A stretch of DNA of 64,000 bases from assembly GCF_006345805.1 (NCBI RefSeq), contig NC_042997.1:186186001-186250000 (forward strand), written 5' to 3'. Positions 1-14,506 of the stretch are shown here, one piece after another (position 1 is the first letter of the stretch; each line of letters starts with the position of its first letter). The DNA is from Octopus sinensis (Eukaryota). The notes below the pieces were generated by a model. The model was not told where the DNA came from. It ran no database searches and worked only from the letters and a program-made list of their open reading frames with translations. A program made the translations under genes and the position numbers.

Positions 1-96
1 TTTAGCTCAATGTAGGTGTTTGTAACACCCTAGTCACATTTAGGGACAATTATAGTTTTCCTTTTTGGTAGACATTTCAAACTGCTGTCTATTCTA

Positions 97-167
<71 letters not shown>

Positions 168-347
168 TGTGTGTGTTGTGTGTGTGTGTGTACGTATATA
201 CACCCATGAACATATGAAGTAAATCTGCATCACAAAGCCATTATGAAGACAAAATGATCTCCAAACACAGAAATGTAGCCACACAGATTCACACACCTCA
301 TACTTTCGTATTGTAACAATTACATATACTCGTAAGACCGCAAGAAT

Positions 348-383
<36 letters not shown>

Positions 384-647
384 ATGAAGAAAGATGATGG
401 TTGTCTGTCGCAGTCCGAGAAAGACGGATTTACAAATTTTTGGTTTAACAACATGCACATTAATTCACTCCCTCCATCAAATCAATGTTGCCTGAACTGA
501 TGCACGGTGTACCGAACACATCAGGTATCGAAGTGCTCGCAGGGCGATCGTTAGATAAAATGGTTTGTTCAACAACACAACACACTACTTTGTCCAGGAA
601 TTGAAACCATGTTCTCGTGATTGTGATGCAAAACGGTAACCTATTTC

Positions 648-898
648 TTTACTACCTACAAGAGGCTAAACACAGAGGGGACAAACAAGGACAGACAAAC
701 GGATTAAGTCGATTACATCGACCCCAGTGCGTAACTGGTACTTAATTTATCGACCCCGAAATGAAATGATGAAAGGCAAAGTCAACCACTGCGAATTTGA
801 ACTCACAACGTAACGGCAGGCGAAATAAGGCTACGCATTTCGGAAATAAGGCTACGCATTTCGCCCGCGTGCTAACGTTTCTGCCAGCTCACAGCCTT
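648..898 (-). mobile_element. SINE family B (Nin-domain-like gtcgactttgcctttcatcctttcggggtcgataaa..aagtaccag)
   Basis: Family consensus seen in >12 copies; internal 20-bp duplication gaaataaggctacgcatttc. Confidence 0.9.
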
Positions 899-1655
899 AA
901 TAAATAAATGCGCCCTTTTAAAGCCTAGCCAGGCTCACGGGCCCGGTTTCCCGGTTTCAATGGCGTATGTGTTCCGCAGCTGGACGGGACGCCAGTCCAT
1001 CGCAGCGTTACTCATTTTTGCTAGCTGAGTAGACTGGAGCAACGTGAACAAAACGCTAACCACTAATCGTACAAATATACGCACAATTATGTAATAGAGT
1101 GTAATATATTTTCGAATATTGTATTCCGTCACATAAATGTATGAATACATATACGATGTATGATCTCATTACTATACTCATCTCTGCAGCGTAACGTCAA
1201 CAATCTCATTTAAACAACGTGATTAATGGAGGGACCTATTAATCTAACTTGGCTTTCCTGAATTACCGAAACGAATATATGAATGATTCAAAGTAGGTAA
1301 ATCATAAATCAAGCACACCATATGTAACGTAATATAGTACGCGGTTCGTGTTAAGACTAAATAAATACGGTTCGCAAATATGGTTCACAAATATAATATA
1401 TAAAGTGACGGTTGTATAAACTCTGACATTTTGCGTTACCCTTTTACTCTTTCGCTTTGTTTCAGTCATTTGACTGCGGCCATGCTGGAGTACCGACTGT
1501 AGTCGAGCAAATCGACCCCAGGACTTATTCTTTGTAAGCCTCATACTTATTCTATCGGTATCTTTCGCCGAACCGCTAGGTTACGGGGAAATAAACACAC
1601 TAGCATCGATTGTCAAGCGATGTTGGGGGGACAAACACAGACACACAAACATATA

Positions 1656-1930
<275 letters not shown>

Positions 1931-2780
1931 AAATATATATAATATCATAATACATACATACATACATATATATATATATATACACATATATACGACGGGC
2001 TTCTTTCAGTTTCCGTCTACCAAATCCACTCACAAGGGTTTGGTCGGCCCGAGGCTATAGTAAAAGACACTTGCCCAAGGTGTCACGCAGTGGGACTGAA
2101 CCCAGAATCATGTGGTTGGTAAGCAAGCTACTTACCACATTCCTACGTTAATAACAAAAAAAATTACCTTTTCTTAAGATGATGCGTTATACATGTTATC
2201 TATAAAAGAGAAGCAAAAAGACTGTGTTTTAATTTTTTTGCGTAATCAGAATCTCTGCTGTTTGGAACATAGAAACATGAAGATCGTTAGAAAAAAAGAA
2301 AAAACGGAAATAGTTAGAATGGACGACGTGAGTTACCTATTTTGAAGTGTTCACCCACATGTTTCAGAAATACAGGTAAACCTAAATAGAATTTTTTTTA
2401 CACACCTATACAGTTATTGCTCGCTCTCTCACATCTCTCAGAATATAATATCTCATTCTTTCAACTCTACCGTGACGGAAATACGTGCAACGAAACAAGA
2501 AGAAAAAAAGTTTTAATAGTAATAATCACACGTGAATTTGTGTTTCATAATTTCGATGAAAATATAGTTTTGTTTCCGGTATAGCAAATATTGCTGTTCG
2601 TGAATAGTTTTTTAGTCAGTGTATTCCATACTCAATGAGTAAATACATACCTGCATAATTATATGTCACTGTGTGTCTGAAAATGTGTGTGTTTGTGCGT
2701 GTGTTTGTGGTGTGTATATACGTATATATGTACGCTTATCTGTGTACAAATTAGTGTATTAATATGCAGATGTGTACACT

Positions 2781-3199
2781 TTACTCTCTTTTACTTTCTT
2801 TTACTCTTTTACTAGTTTCAGTCATTTGACTGTGGCCATGCTGGAGCTCCGCCTTTTAGTCGAGCAAATCGACCCCAGGACTTATTCTTTGGAAGCCTAG
2901 TACTTATTCTATCGGGGTTTTTTTGCCGAACCACTAAGTTACGGGGATGTAAACACACTACCATTGGTTGTCAAGCGGTGTTGGGGGTACAGACACAGAC
3001 ACGCAAACATATACACACACACATATACATATATACGACTGGTTTCTTTCAGTTTCCGTCTACCAAATCCACTCACAAGGCTTTGGTCGGCCTGTGGCTA
3101 TAGCAGAAGATACTTGCCCAAGGTGCCACGCAGTTGCACTGAACCCGGAACCATGTGGTTGGTAAGCAAGCTACTTACCACACAGCCACTCCTGCGCCT
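2781..3199 (-). mobile_element. SINE family A, full length
   Basis: Head aggcgcaggagtggctgtgtggtaagtag..ggttccgggttcag through tail. Confidence 0.92.
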
Positions 3200-4354
3200 G
3201 TATATGTGTGTATATGTGTGTGTGCGTGTGTGTATGTGTATGTATGTGTGTTTGTGTGTTAGTATTGTATACATTGTATAATTAGGCACAGGAATAAGGC
3301 GACGCGTTGGGGCACAATCGTTAGCATCCGTACAACATGCTTTACGTTCTGGGTTCAACTTGCGTGGTGTTGGCTTTGCTTTTCGTCCCTTCGGAGCTAA
3401 TGAAATGTGCCAGTTGAGCACTGGAGTTGATATAAACTCCTCTCCTTAAGAATTACTGACCTTATGCCAAAAATAACAACTGGTTGAGCACTAGGGTCGA
3501 TATAATCAACTAGGCATATCCTCACAAAATTTCAGGCCCTTTGCTTGCAGCCGAAAGAGTTATTACGTGAAATAATTGTGGAGCCGTCACGAAGTTTGTT
3601 GCGCAGAGACGAAGATTTGGATTCGATCTAACAGTGTCACATCTCAAGAAAATGCTTTATTTTATCGTAGCCTCGTGGAAGCCTTAGCTGTATTATAACT
3701 CATAATTCAAATACTCGGACATGTCACATAATGTGACACCCTCCTTCAGAGTGAGAATCAAGTTAAGGATGCAACTGGCTACAAAATACTTAATTATTTA
3801 TTCATTAATTGAGTCGATCGTAGAAACTGAATGAAGAATCATTATCATTTTCTGTATTGATGTTTGTGTACATAGGTATATATACACATGTGCATGTACG
3901 CATACATGCATATATATAATGTGCTTGTTATAACCAGAAATGGTTCTCACGAAAGTAGCATTAACTTTCATGTGTCGTTCAGTTATCCTATATATACACA
4001 CACACTATACATATACTTATGTACATATATATAAGCACACACGCACACATACACTAAGTTAAACACAGTTACTCGCCACACACCCAAAACTCCACGCATA
4101 CACACAAAAAAACGCACACGCACACACACACATACTACAAACAAAACACACACACGATACATATACATACACGCACACACACACACACACGCACACACTC
4201 ACACACACGCACACACTCACACACACACACACTTGTCATCTTCGCACACCTTTACCATTCCGTCTTTGATATAGCTCTCCTGTTTTTTAAAAATATTTTC
4301 TTCTACTCTGACCACTTCCGTCTTTTAGTATGTGACCTCGTCTGTATCACTAGC

Positions 4355-4529
4355 GATTTTTTTCCCTCTGTCTTCCCTTCTCGGGATCTTTCCTTCTCCT
4401 ATGTTTCCGACGAAGAGCTCTGCTCGAAACGTCAAACCCTCCTTCTTCCCTTCTTTCCTGAGCGTCCAATAATACTTTATTTGTTCCACGTCCTTGCGTT
4501 GTTGTCTTTTTGTTTTCTTGTTTGGATTA

Positions 4530-4535
<6 letters not shown>
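4355..4535 (+). mobile_element. Short HHR-bearing PLE-type element ending in (TA)n
   Basis: Homologous to 1757-1930 (-). Confidence 0.75.
4403..4437 (+). ncRNA. Minimal hammerhead with U4C core (family also at 1848-1882)
   Basis: GTTT | CCGACGA | A | GAGC-TCT-GCTC | GAA | ACGT | C | AAAC; GUC triplet. Confidence 0.65.
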
Positions 4536-4611
<76 letters not shown>

Positions 4612-4632
4612 AACACAGAGAGACACACACAG

Positions 4633-4843
4633 GAGGGGTGGTGAAAAGTTCCTGGCTTTAAGGGTCTTGTGAAAGCTTGGTTGGTGGACCAATCTTCTGT
4701 ATTCTTTTCGAGAGTGTGGAAAAACTGACGAAACGTTGCAGTAATCTGTTAATCTGAGAGGGAAATAAACTGAATAAAATCCTGATTAACTGATACTCCT
4801 ATATTTTATTTACCCAAAGCCAAGATCTTTTCAGCACCCACTC
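4633..4843 (+). mobile_element. Mariner-derived MITE
   Basis: TIRs ggtggtgaaaagttcctggcttt / aaagccaagatcttttcagcaccc; interior resembles the transposase 3' end. Confidence 0.7.
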
Positions 4844-5209
4844 GTTTATATAAATGGCCGCTAAATCATACATAAATGTATGAACCGAATCTGTGTACAC
4901 ATCTATGTCGTTAAATGAAAGTACACACCTGTCTATCGGTAGGTGAATTAAAGATAAAGTAATTCGTTTGATGCATATTGTTCCAAAATCTTTCGAGATT
5001 TAGCGAAATAAACTTCAAAAGGTAACACTAGCAGCATATTTGGGTGGTACCATATATATACACACTGTAATATGTCAATGAATTAGGATTATATCAAGAC
5101 ACAAAAAGAGAAATTCAAAGTAGCAAATGAGATACATTTATGGAGAATAGCAGTACTGACTGTTGAACTAATATAGGTACACGCATACATATTGTGTGTG
5201 TGCGCGTGC

Positions 5210-5240
<31 letters not shown>

Positions 5241-5533
5241 CGTGTGCATATATACATGCATAACAGCATGAAAATGTACATGTACGTATGCGAGTGTATG
5301 TTTGTCTACATATTTTATTCACATAGATACTTATATATACGTATGTATTTACATATGCGTATGTAAACACACAGACACGTATATACGTTTACCTATCCGT
5401 GTGTGTAAGTATGTAATATATATATATATATATATATATAAGGATAATATCGTTATTCAAATACCGATCTTATCAGGTGGCCAGCATGGAAATAAGACCT
5501 TCAAAGGTAATAATTATTATTAAAATAATAATT

Positions 5534-5646
5534 TAGGGTATCTAAGAGATACCACCACTCTGTAAATAGCAGCCAAAACTTGATGTGGTTTTAGAGTCAA
5601 ATTTTGGCTGCTATTTCCAGCGTGGTGGGATCTCTTAGATACTCTA
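5534..5646. repeat. ~113-bp foldback hairpin (MITE-like)
   Basis: tagggtatctaagagataccaccac..atagcagccaaaa / ttttggctgctat..gtggtgggatctcttagatactcta. Confidence 0.8.
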
Positions 5647-6286
5647 AATAATACTTATATATATACACACACACACAAATAGATTTCTATACTAAAATAT
5701 TGCATTTTTTACGAGGTACACAGACACACTGACACACGCATATATAAATATAGGTTTTATATATGCATAAGCATAAATACATACTTACATCCATGCATCC
5801 ATCCATCCATCCATCCATCCATCCACATACATACATACATACATACATACATACATACATACATACATACATACATACATGCATACGTGCATATATATGT
5901 AAAGTGATACAATTCTTTATAGATGATACATTATATCATTCTATCTCAGAGATTCTTACCAAGTTAATCAACTAATTAATTAAGCACTGTGGGACAATGG
6001 TTAAATATGTGAAATAAATATAGCTGGTGACGTTAATTGCATGCTGAGGTGGAAATATTATGCGGTGTATTAAAAGTAAGATTTAAGAATTTGTTTCTCG
6101 TTAAACTCTAGAGAATTTTTCACTGCGTAGGTAACAAAATACTGCCTAAAAACGAATCAGTCCACCGAGGGGAAAAGAAAATGTTAAGGAATGGTTCTCA
6201 ACTGGAATCGATATGGCACTTGGTGTTTGGGCGGGGTGGTGGAGGGTTCACGTAACATTTTGCTGTTAATATTTGTGTGCAATGTA

Positions 6287-6680
6287 AGGCGGCGAGCTGG
6301 CAGAAACGTTAGCGCGCCGGACGAAATGCGTAGCCATATTTCGTCTGCCGATACGTTCTGAGTTCAAATTCCGTCGAGGTCGACTTTGCCTTTCATCATT
6401 TCGGGGTCGATAAATAAAGTTCCAGTTGCTTACTATGGTCGATTTAATCGACTTAATCCATTTGTCTGTCCTTGTTTGTCCCCTCTGTGTTTAGCCCCTT
6501 GTGGGTAGTAAAGAAATAGGTATTTCGTCTGCCGTTACGTTCTGAGTTCAAATTCCGCCGAGGTCGACTTTGCCTTTCATCCTTTCAGGGTCGATAAAAT
6601 ACGTACCAGCTGCACACTTGGGTCGTTGTAATCGACTTACCGCTACCTCCAGAATTGCTGGCCTTGTGCCAGAATTTGAA
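6287..6680 (+). mobile_element. SINE family B, tandem double
   Basis: Homology to family B. Confidence 0.9.
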
Positions 6681-6796
6681 ACCAATATTTATGTGCAATA
6701 ATTTGGTTATACTTCTATAATAGACAAAATAATTAAATTATTTTGTACAATATCTATTCGTCGTCGTTGTCGGCGTTTTATTGTGTGTCCGCTAAT

Positions 6797-7140
6797 TTAT
6801 TTGGTTTCTCCTTGACCATTTCTCCTCTGTCTGTGTTTATGCCTCTCATGACTGAAGAGGCCAATTCTTGCATGGAAGCGTCTGTTGCAAAGTTCACAAG
6901 GGATCCGTGGTGGAGGCTTTGGTTGTTGCAGCCACCATTTTCTTTCTTGTTTCTCTTCCTCTTCCCTCTGTCGTTCGACTTCAAAATGGTCTGTTACTGT
7001 GGAGATGGAATGATGCCAGCCTGTCCTGAATTCCAACGTTCCAAGCTTTGGGATCGATTCCAGTCAGTTCTAGGCTTTGCTTCAGCTGATCCTTGTATCA
7101 ACGGAGGAGACGGCCACAGAATCTTCTTCCAGTGGAATTT
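6797..7140 (-). pseudogene. RTE (BovB-like) LINE 3' fragment with one C2H2 finger
   Basis: YKDQLKQSL..GIDPKAW, frameshift, WHHSISTVTDHFEVERQ, CELCNRRFHARIGLFSHERHKH. Confidence 0.85.
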
Positions 7141-7877
7141 TATATGGTGAATACCGAATAATAGTTGATTATAAAACATACCATAGAATTTTTTAAACAC
7201 TATAGGGTAGGTAATATGAAAGCTATCTTGGCTGAGGATGATACCCTATAATATTTCGGAATATGAAGGTGGCATGCTGGCAGAATTGTTAGCAATTCAG
7301 GCTTAAGTACTTAACGGGATTATATCTATCTTTACGTTCGGGATCGACTTTGCCTTTCATTCTTTCGAGATCGATCATTTAAGTACCACTTAAATTAAGG
7401 ACCGGGGGTCGATTTAATCGACTTAACTCTCTCCTCGATATTGTTTGCCTTGTGCCAAAAGTGGAAACCAATACTTTGGAATATGAAGGACGCTTATCTG
7501 TAGGTTCGTTTCGTGCAGAGAAATTTCTGGTGGACCAGTTATTTCTTTAAACGGTCCTGAATGCGTGATGTATTGGTTTAATAATAAAGATGTCCCAGAT
7601 GATTTGAGGTAGCAAGCTGTTGTTGATGACTTGAATTAAACAAACACATAAATGCTAACAAAAAAAGAGTATTTGACAATTATCTTTATATATGTGGATG
7701 CCTGTGAATCTAGAGACAGAGAAAAGAGAGAGAGACAGACATCCGCACACACCCATAAAAATACATAGATGCAAACAATTCCATAGAGGCTCGTAGCCAT
7801 TGCAAGCATGCTTACCTGATTATACAAAATAAAGAGGTACCTATATAATATATTCCAGTACACAAAAGCATATATAT

Positions 7878-7909
<32 letters not shown>

Positions 7910-8148
7910 CTATATATTATATACATATATATACATACATATATATACCATACATATATATATACATATATATATACATATATATACACATACATATATA
8001 CATATATATAATATACATCTTTATTCACTTATATATATACACATATATATATACATACATATATACACATACATATATACACATACATACACATATATAA
8101 ACATGCACACACACACACACGCACATATATATATATATACTATGTATG

Positions 8149-8182
<34 letters not shown>

Positions 8183-8689
8183 TGTATGTATGTATGTATG
8201 TATGCATGTATGTATCGGTATATCTATTGTGTGTGATTTGTGCTCGTGTGCACGAGCATGGACAAGGTTCTCTATACTTAATGGCTAAGGTAATGATTAC
8301 TTCATATTTATTTAAACATCTACCATTTAATGTTTCAGTGAAGCCCGATTGCGTGCGCAGTTAACACCGCTATGACATAGTCTCTATACCAGTAGATAGT
8401 AAAAATTAATATCTAGTTAAAATTGCTGAAGACATTGATAATGAATATGAAAATGTACGAAACATTAATGACTTGGAGTAATTTCCATCCGACATTTATT
8501 TACATATCTATCATATAACAATTATGTTGTTCGCAACATATTTAATTGTTAATTCACATAGCTCATTTTCGGCTGTATTCTAACAATTTCGAGCACTCTA
8601 GGGAGAAGTTCATTTACAGCGCATTTTAGAGTGCTTATTTGTACACACACACACACACACACACACAAACATATATATATATATATTCA

Positions 8690-9505
8690 TTACAACACCT
8701 GTCTGTGTTCGGATTGTCTTTGCACAGAGGCCATCCGGACTTCCGCCTTCGCCTTGAACAGAAATTAATCTTCTCTCTTCGATCCTTTGCGTCACATGGG
8801 CTCAACTCGCCTCCCCTCTACATCTGACTCCCCTTCTCTCCTCTCTTCATCTGACACCTACTTCCTCGCTTCACTCCTACCCACCTCTCCTCTCCTCTCT
8901 TGCCCTCATACCTACTTCCTCCCTTCACTCCTACCCACCTTCTCCATTGACACCCGTACCCCACATCCTCACATCACTCACACATCATCACCCCAAGTCC
9001 ACAACCCACCCTCAAATCCTCACACACCAACACCGCTAAACCACATACCACCAGGCCACCACACCACCCCATATCACTCCGCATACGATAGCACTGACCA
9101 CTTCCCAGCTGCTACATCATCATCCACACACCCACACATTACAGACGCAAACACTTACACACGTACACATCCACACGTCAAAATCACCAGCCCCTATCCA
9201 CAATCACACATTCTCACAAACACACATACGCGTACCTTCGATTTGAGATCACCAGTACTTTATTATCTCCTCTTTTTCTTAGCTCTCCTGTCTAACTACC
9301 TTTCTCCAACCAGTCTCCATGATTGATTGCTAACTCCATAAGTTTTTTTTATTCTCTATCTGTATATTTCATCGTGTTCCTTTCTGTTCAAGTGAGTAGG
9401 CTCGAAACGTAAAAGACTTTCTCACCTTTCCGAGCGTCAAACTAATACACCTGCTTGTTGTTTATACACCTGGCTTCGTCTTTTGCTTTTTCTGTAAATT
9501 TCAAC

Positions 9506-9510
<5 letters not shown>
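8690..9510 (+). mobile_element. 3' end of another Penelope-like element: GIY-YIG C-terminus, pyrimidine-rich UTR, decayed HHR, then microsatellite
   Basis: LSVFGLSLHRGHPDFRLRLEQKLIFSLRSFASHGLN matches the PLE EQxLIFxLxxxxPxGLN terminus; cttt-ctgttca..gctc-gaaa-cgt-a-aaag at 9380-9415. Confidence 0.7.
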
Positions 9511-9568
<58 letters not shown>

Positions 9569-9577
9569 GTGTGTGTG

Positions 9578-9630
<53 letters not shown>

Positions 9631-10396
9631 ATCTATGTATGTGTGTGTATGTATGAAAATGCATTTAATACAATATAGTCAAATATTCTCTCATACCAAT
9701 TAAAAAACGTTTAATTTTCAGATTTTTCTTTATGAGATCAACCGAAGTAAACAATTCATAAATATACATGCCCAGCTGCTGAGTTCAAACAATATATAGA
9801 ATACTGTTAAAAAATATGAAGTCATTAGAGTAGCTTGAACAAGTCTTAACTGGCTTCTTTAGTTTGAAGTATTTTTAAACAAAATTCTTCCTTTTAAATC
9901 CTAGCATATTGTATACCGCGACTGCTAAACTACTTTAGTAGTTATCTACTCTGAATTAAAAACCAACGTTTAAAATAAATATCCGTTAATTTTCGTTCTA
10001 GATTTCATTTAATTTTACATTTTGTGTTTACATGGATATGAAAATATATTAGCCAAGCTTAGTTATTAGTAAGCCGACGGATTAGAACGCAAATCAGCTG
10101 GTTTTACTCTCTGTTTTGGCGTGATCATACCAAATTTAATCTTTAATTTGGGAAATAGTTTCACACATTTTAGTTTTATGTAGGCAACCATTTAACTAAT
10201 TAATCGTAAAGGAATTTTTTATACAATATTTTTAATGGTTTTATTCATTTATTTAGGTATTTAATTTTCGTTCATAAAATTACTCTGGCATTTAATTGCG
10301 CTATTTCAAATATAGAATATCCTAGAAATGCTAGCATACAGAAATTTGACACATACAGGTGGATGGAGCTCTTTCTTTTTTAAAAAAATATTCCAT

Positions 10397-10780
10397 AGGC
10401 GTAGCTGTGGGGAAAGAAGTTTACTTCCCAACCACATGGTTTTGAGTTCAGTCCCATTGTATGGCACCTTGGGCAACTGTCTTCTACGATAGCCACGGGC
10501 AGACCGAAGACTTGTCAGTGTATTTGATAGCCGGAAACCGAAAGAAGTGTGTGTGCGCGCGTGTTTCTATGGTTTTGTCTTCCATTTCCGCTTGACAACT
10601 AGTGTCAGTGGGTAAATTAGCCCGTAAATTAGCAGTTCGGCAAAAGAGACCGATAAAGTACCTGGCTCAAAAAAAAAAAAAAGGAAATACTGGGGATGGT
10701 TCGTTTGACTAAAATTCTTCAAGGCGGTGCCCAAGCATGGCCGCAGTCTAATGACTGAAACAAATAAAAGGTAAAAGAAA
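10397..10780 (+). mobile_element. SINE family A (diverged)
   Basis: Homology to family A. Confidence 0.85.
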
Positions 10781-11722
10781 TCTAAATGGTAAAACCTTAA
10801 CACAGGAAGATTTAAGTTAGAACTTCAATCAATGCATACTAACCTTTCCTACTGATGTTCCTTTCAAAGAGCTTTCATTCATATAACTGTATCAGATAAA
10901 AGGCGCAAATATAAAACCCTGAGCTCTCCACTCTGCTTCTTCTCGAATTTCTTGAAAAAACAACCACATGAACATATGTTTTTGACTAAACTAAATACTG
11001 TATCATATACAAATTCTTACAATTTTCTCTTTTATCCATATATCATGCATATACTATGAAACATCATTTTTTTAGAGTTGTTTCTCTTTTCTTTTTTCGT
11101 TTTGCATATAAATGAAAGCTGAATAAAGTATCATGAATTTGTGTGATAGTCATTTTCAGTGTAAATTTCATATTTATCACTATTTTAACTCAATGCAGAT
11201 GCAGTAATCGATTCTTATATGAGTCACTCATACAAAATATCTACGTAAAAATATAATATTTATTTCTAAGGCGGCAAACTGGCAGAATCGTTAGCACGCC
11301 AAGCAAAATACAAATTGGCATTATGTACATCTTTACGTTCTGAGTTCAAATTACACCGAGGTCGACTTTGCCTTTCATCCTATCGAGTTCCCTAAATTGA
11401 GTACAGAGTCGATCTAATCGACTGGCCTTCTCCCCGCCAAAAAAATTTGGGCCATGCGCCTAGAGCACGTTCTGAATCAGAATTAAGAGGTTGGTTGGAT
11501 TAAGTCGAAATTATGTGATTTCTACCAACAAGGTATTGAAAATTTTGTTGAACGTCGAGAAAAAGTTGTAAACAACAAGGGTGAATACATTATTGATTAA
11601 TCAGTTATTTTTTATTAAACCTATTTAAAAATTTAAATTTAAAAAACGGCGGGAACTTAGTTGCCAACCTTATATATATATATATATATATTAGAAGGTT
11701 TGGAGATGCTGTACAGGTATTT

Positions 11723-11966
11723 TATATTAGAAGATATGAGGTACTCAGAAATTCGGATGGTTTTATGTTTACAGATATTTATTTGTATGTTACATGTTTT
11801 TATACATTATATATCATATATATATATAAGCGCGCTTTCGTCCATTCTCGTGGAGTGAGTCTTCAAATTGAACGAGAATGGACGAAAGCGCTTATATTAT
11901 AATATATGATATTGATGTATAAAACATGTAATATACTATAAATTTCTGAGTACCTCATTTCTTCTA

Positions 11967-11975
<9 letters not shown>
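11723..11975. repeat. Imperfect inverted repeat; both arms start at a half-hammerhead (ggac-GAAA-GCGC-TT)
   Basis: tatattagaagatatgaggtactcagaaatt...ctttcgtccattctcgt / acgagaatggacgaaagcgc...aatttctgagtacctcatttcttctaatata. Confidence 0.7.
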
Positions 11976-11997
<22 letters not shown>

Positions 11998-11998
11998 A

Positions 11999-12366
11999 AC
12001 TAGCAGTATCGCCCGGCGTTGCTCAGGTTTGTAAGGGAAATAACTAAAGCATTTTTAGAGAGTTATAGCCAAAAAATAGAAAAAAATGATGGTAAATTTT
12101 TCAGAGTTAAAAAAGGTGGAGTTGCGTCCCCTAGACGGTCTGTGTTTTGGGTTTCTTATTCTTGACCCCATGTCGAATTTATCGATTTTTTCAGAACTGG
12201 GGGAACTTTTCAAAATTTTCGCTGCGTTAGTTTTGAATTATGACATTGGGCTATGTGTGTGTCAAGTTTCATCAGAATCGGTTGAAAGCCGTGGTCAGAG
12301 TGAGGGTACGAGAAAACAGACACACAGAAAACGCACAGACAAACTGCCGTTTATATAGAGAGAGAT
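11999..12366 (+). mobile_element. Helitron-like element, subfamily 2
   Basis: Same 5' ~100 bp, different interior and 3' part. Confidence 0.55.
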
Positions 12367-13126
12367 AAAGACCCCATGAATAACAATGGGATTGCACTTA
12401 GAAAGTCCGGGCAAAGTTGTTTATGGAAGACTAGCAATTGCCCATCCATACCAGCCTCCCCTCTCCATCCCACCAATGTTATCCAAGGGAAAGGCAAAGG
12501 ACGATACAGCTTGGCTCCACTGACTTCGCAACACATTTGTACAGATGAATGAAGTGGAGCAACGTGAAATAAAGTATCTTGCTCAAGAACATAACACACA
12601 ATCCGGCCCTGAAATCGGACTCACAACCTCATGATTGTGAGCCTGACGCTCTAACCACTGAGCCGAGGTGAGGGGATAAGAGAAAGTAGAAAAGAAATAG
12701 TAATACCAATGATAACTGGCATAAGACCATCAACATTTCATGATAATTTTAAACGACAAATGTATCTGTGGTGATCGAAACTTTGGAGATAATGCTAAAC
12801 TACATTCTTAATTTGTAAGACCAAAAACCAGGAAAACCAAAACTGCTAAAACAACAAGGAATTTTTCTCACGGACACTGCTCGCATGATTTGTAAAACAC
12901 TATCAACCTGAGAATACCTGATTCTCTTCAAACACTTCCAAAATCGAAAATATAAATTTAACAGAATCTTAGTAACTGGAATCTAGTATCTTTTCTCTGT
13001 AACATTCCAGTGTTAATCATTCGCTGATCGTAAATACACCGACAGTAGAACGTCCAACTTGCTGTTAAATACGGCTTCTGGAACAAACATGGAACAGGTC
13101 GTATGAAATAATGCAAAGACAACGAA

Positions 13127-13186
<60 letters not shown>

Positions 13187-13460
13187 GGTGGCAACAGCCA
13201 CAATTGTTGTTATTTGAAATTTTGGCACATGACTAGTAATTTGGTGGGGGAGGAGATAAGTCGATTACATCGACCCCCAGTGTTTCACTGGTAGTTGATT
13301 TATTGACCCCGGAAGGATGAAAAGCAACGTCGACCTCGATGGAATTTGAACTCAGAACATAAAGACAGATGGAATACCGCTAAGCATTTCGCTCGGCGTG
13401 CTAACGATCCTGCAGTTCGCCGCCTTATTACTAATAATAATAGTAATAATAATTGTAATA

Positions 13461-13499
<39 letters not shown>

Positions 13500-13537
13500 T
13501 AATAATAATAATGATAATAATAATAATAATAATCATG

Positions 13538-13580
<43 letters not shown>

Positions 13581-13603
13581 GTATAATTATAATAATAATA
13601 ATA

Positions 13604-14157
13604 AATGCCCTGACGCAGTACCAGGCAGTGGCTCTCATGGCTTCTAATCTTAACTGATTGGATGTGTCATCATGTACATTGTTTTTTCTTGGTATAAAAG
13701 ATGGGCTACGGCAAATATTCTGCTCAATACCACAGATTTGCTTGTCAGTTGTTTGAGCTTAACCAGTTGAGCATGTCCCCTGGTGGCTGATGATATGTCC
13801 ATCTCTGATCACGAGCAGAAGTAGTGGGGGAGCATCATAGCCATGTGCTCAGAGGAATTCTCTGTTTGGATAATTCCCCCTTGAAAACATGGGTGTTTCG
13901 CTCATCATCTTTAAACAAACCTTATTCGGGACCTTTTGAGCAGGATGGATTACTCAACCAGAAGAAAATTCTAACTGGGCCCCCACCTGCAAGGTCATGC
14001 GCTGTTTATCTTGATATGAGATCACCATATCGCGCACATATGGTTGTGATGCATGTGCCTGTTGTACCCTTATCAGACAGGTAGTCATTATGGGTATACT
14101 GGGCTTCGTATATTTCACCCCAGTGTTACTTTGATGACATGCACTGCTCTCTCATAC
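13604..14157. mobile_element. ~550-bp non-coding repeat embedded in (AAT)n
   Basis: GC-richer block flanked by AAT repeats; recalled as a recurring octopus repeat; single copy in this window. Confidence 0.45.
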
Positions 14158-14358
14158 TAATAATTATAATTCTTTCTACTGAAGGGACAAGACCATGAAA
14201 TTTTGTGGGGAGGGGACTAGTCGATTACATCGACCTCAGTGTTTCACTGGTATTCAATTTATCAAACTCGAAGGCATGAACGGCAAAGTCGACCCCGGCG
14301 AAATTTGAACTCAGAACATGAAGACGGGCGAAATGGCGTTAAGTATTCCGCCGTCTTC

Positions 14359-14506
<148 letters not shown>

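Noticed and set aside
8337-8380. Candidate terminal exon EARLRAQLTPL*
   Set aside because: Too short, with no supporting upstream exons
13880-13915. gatgatgagcgaaacacccatgtt (minus) as a hammerhead
   Set aside because: Position 3 is A with G8 (no pairing) and there is no stem II
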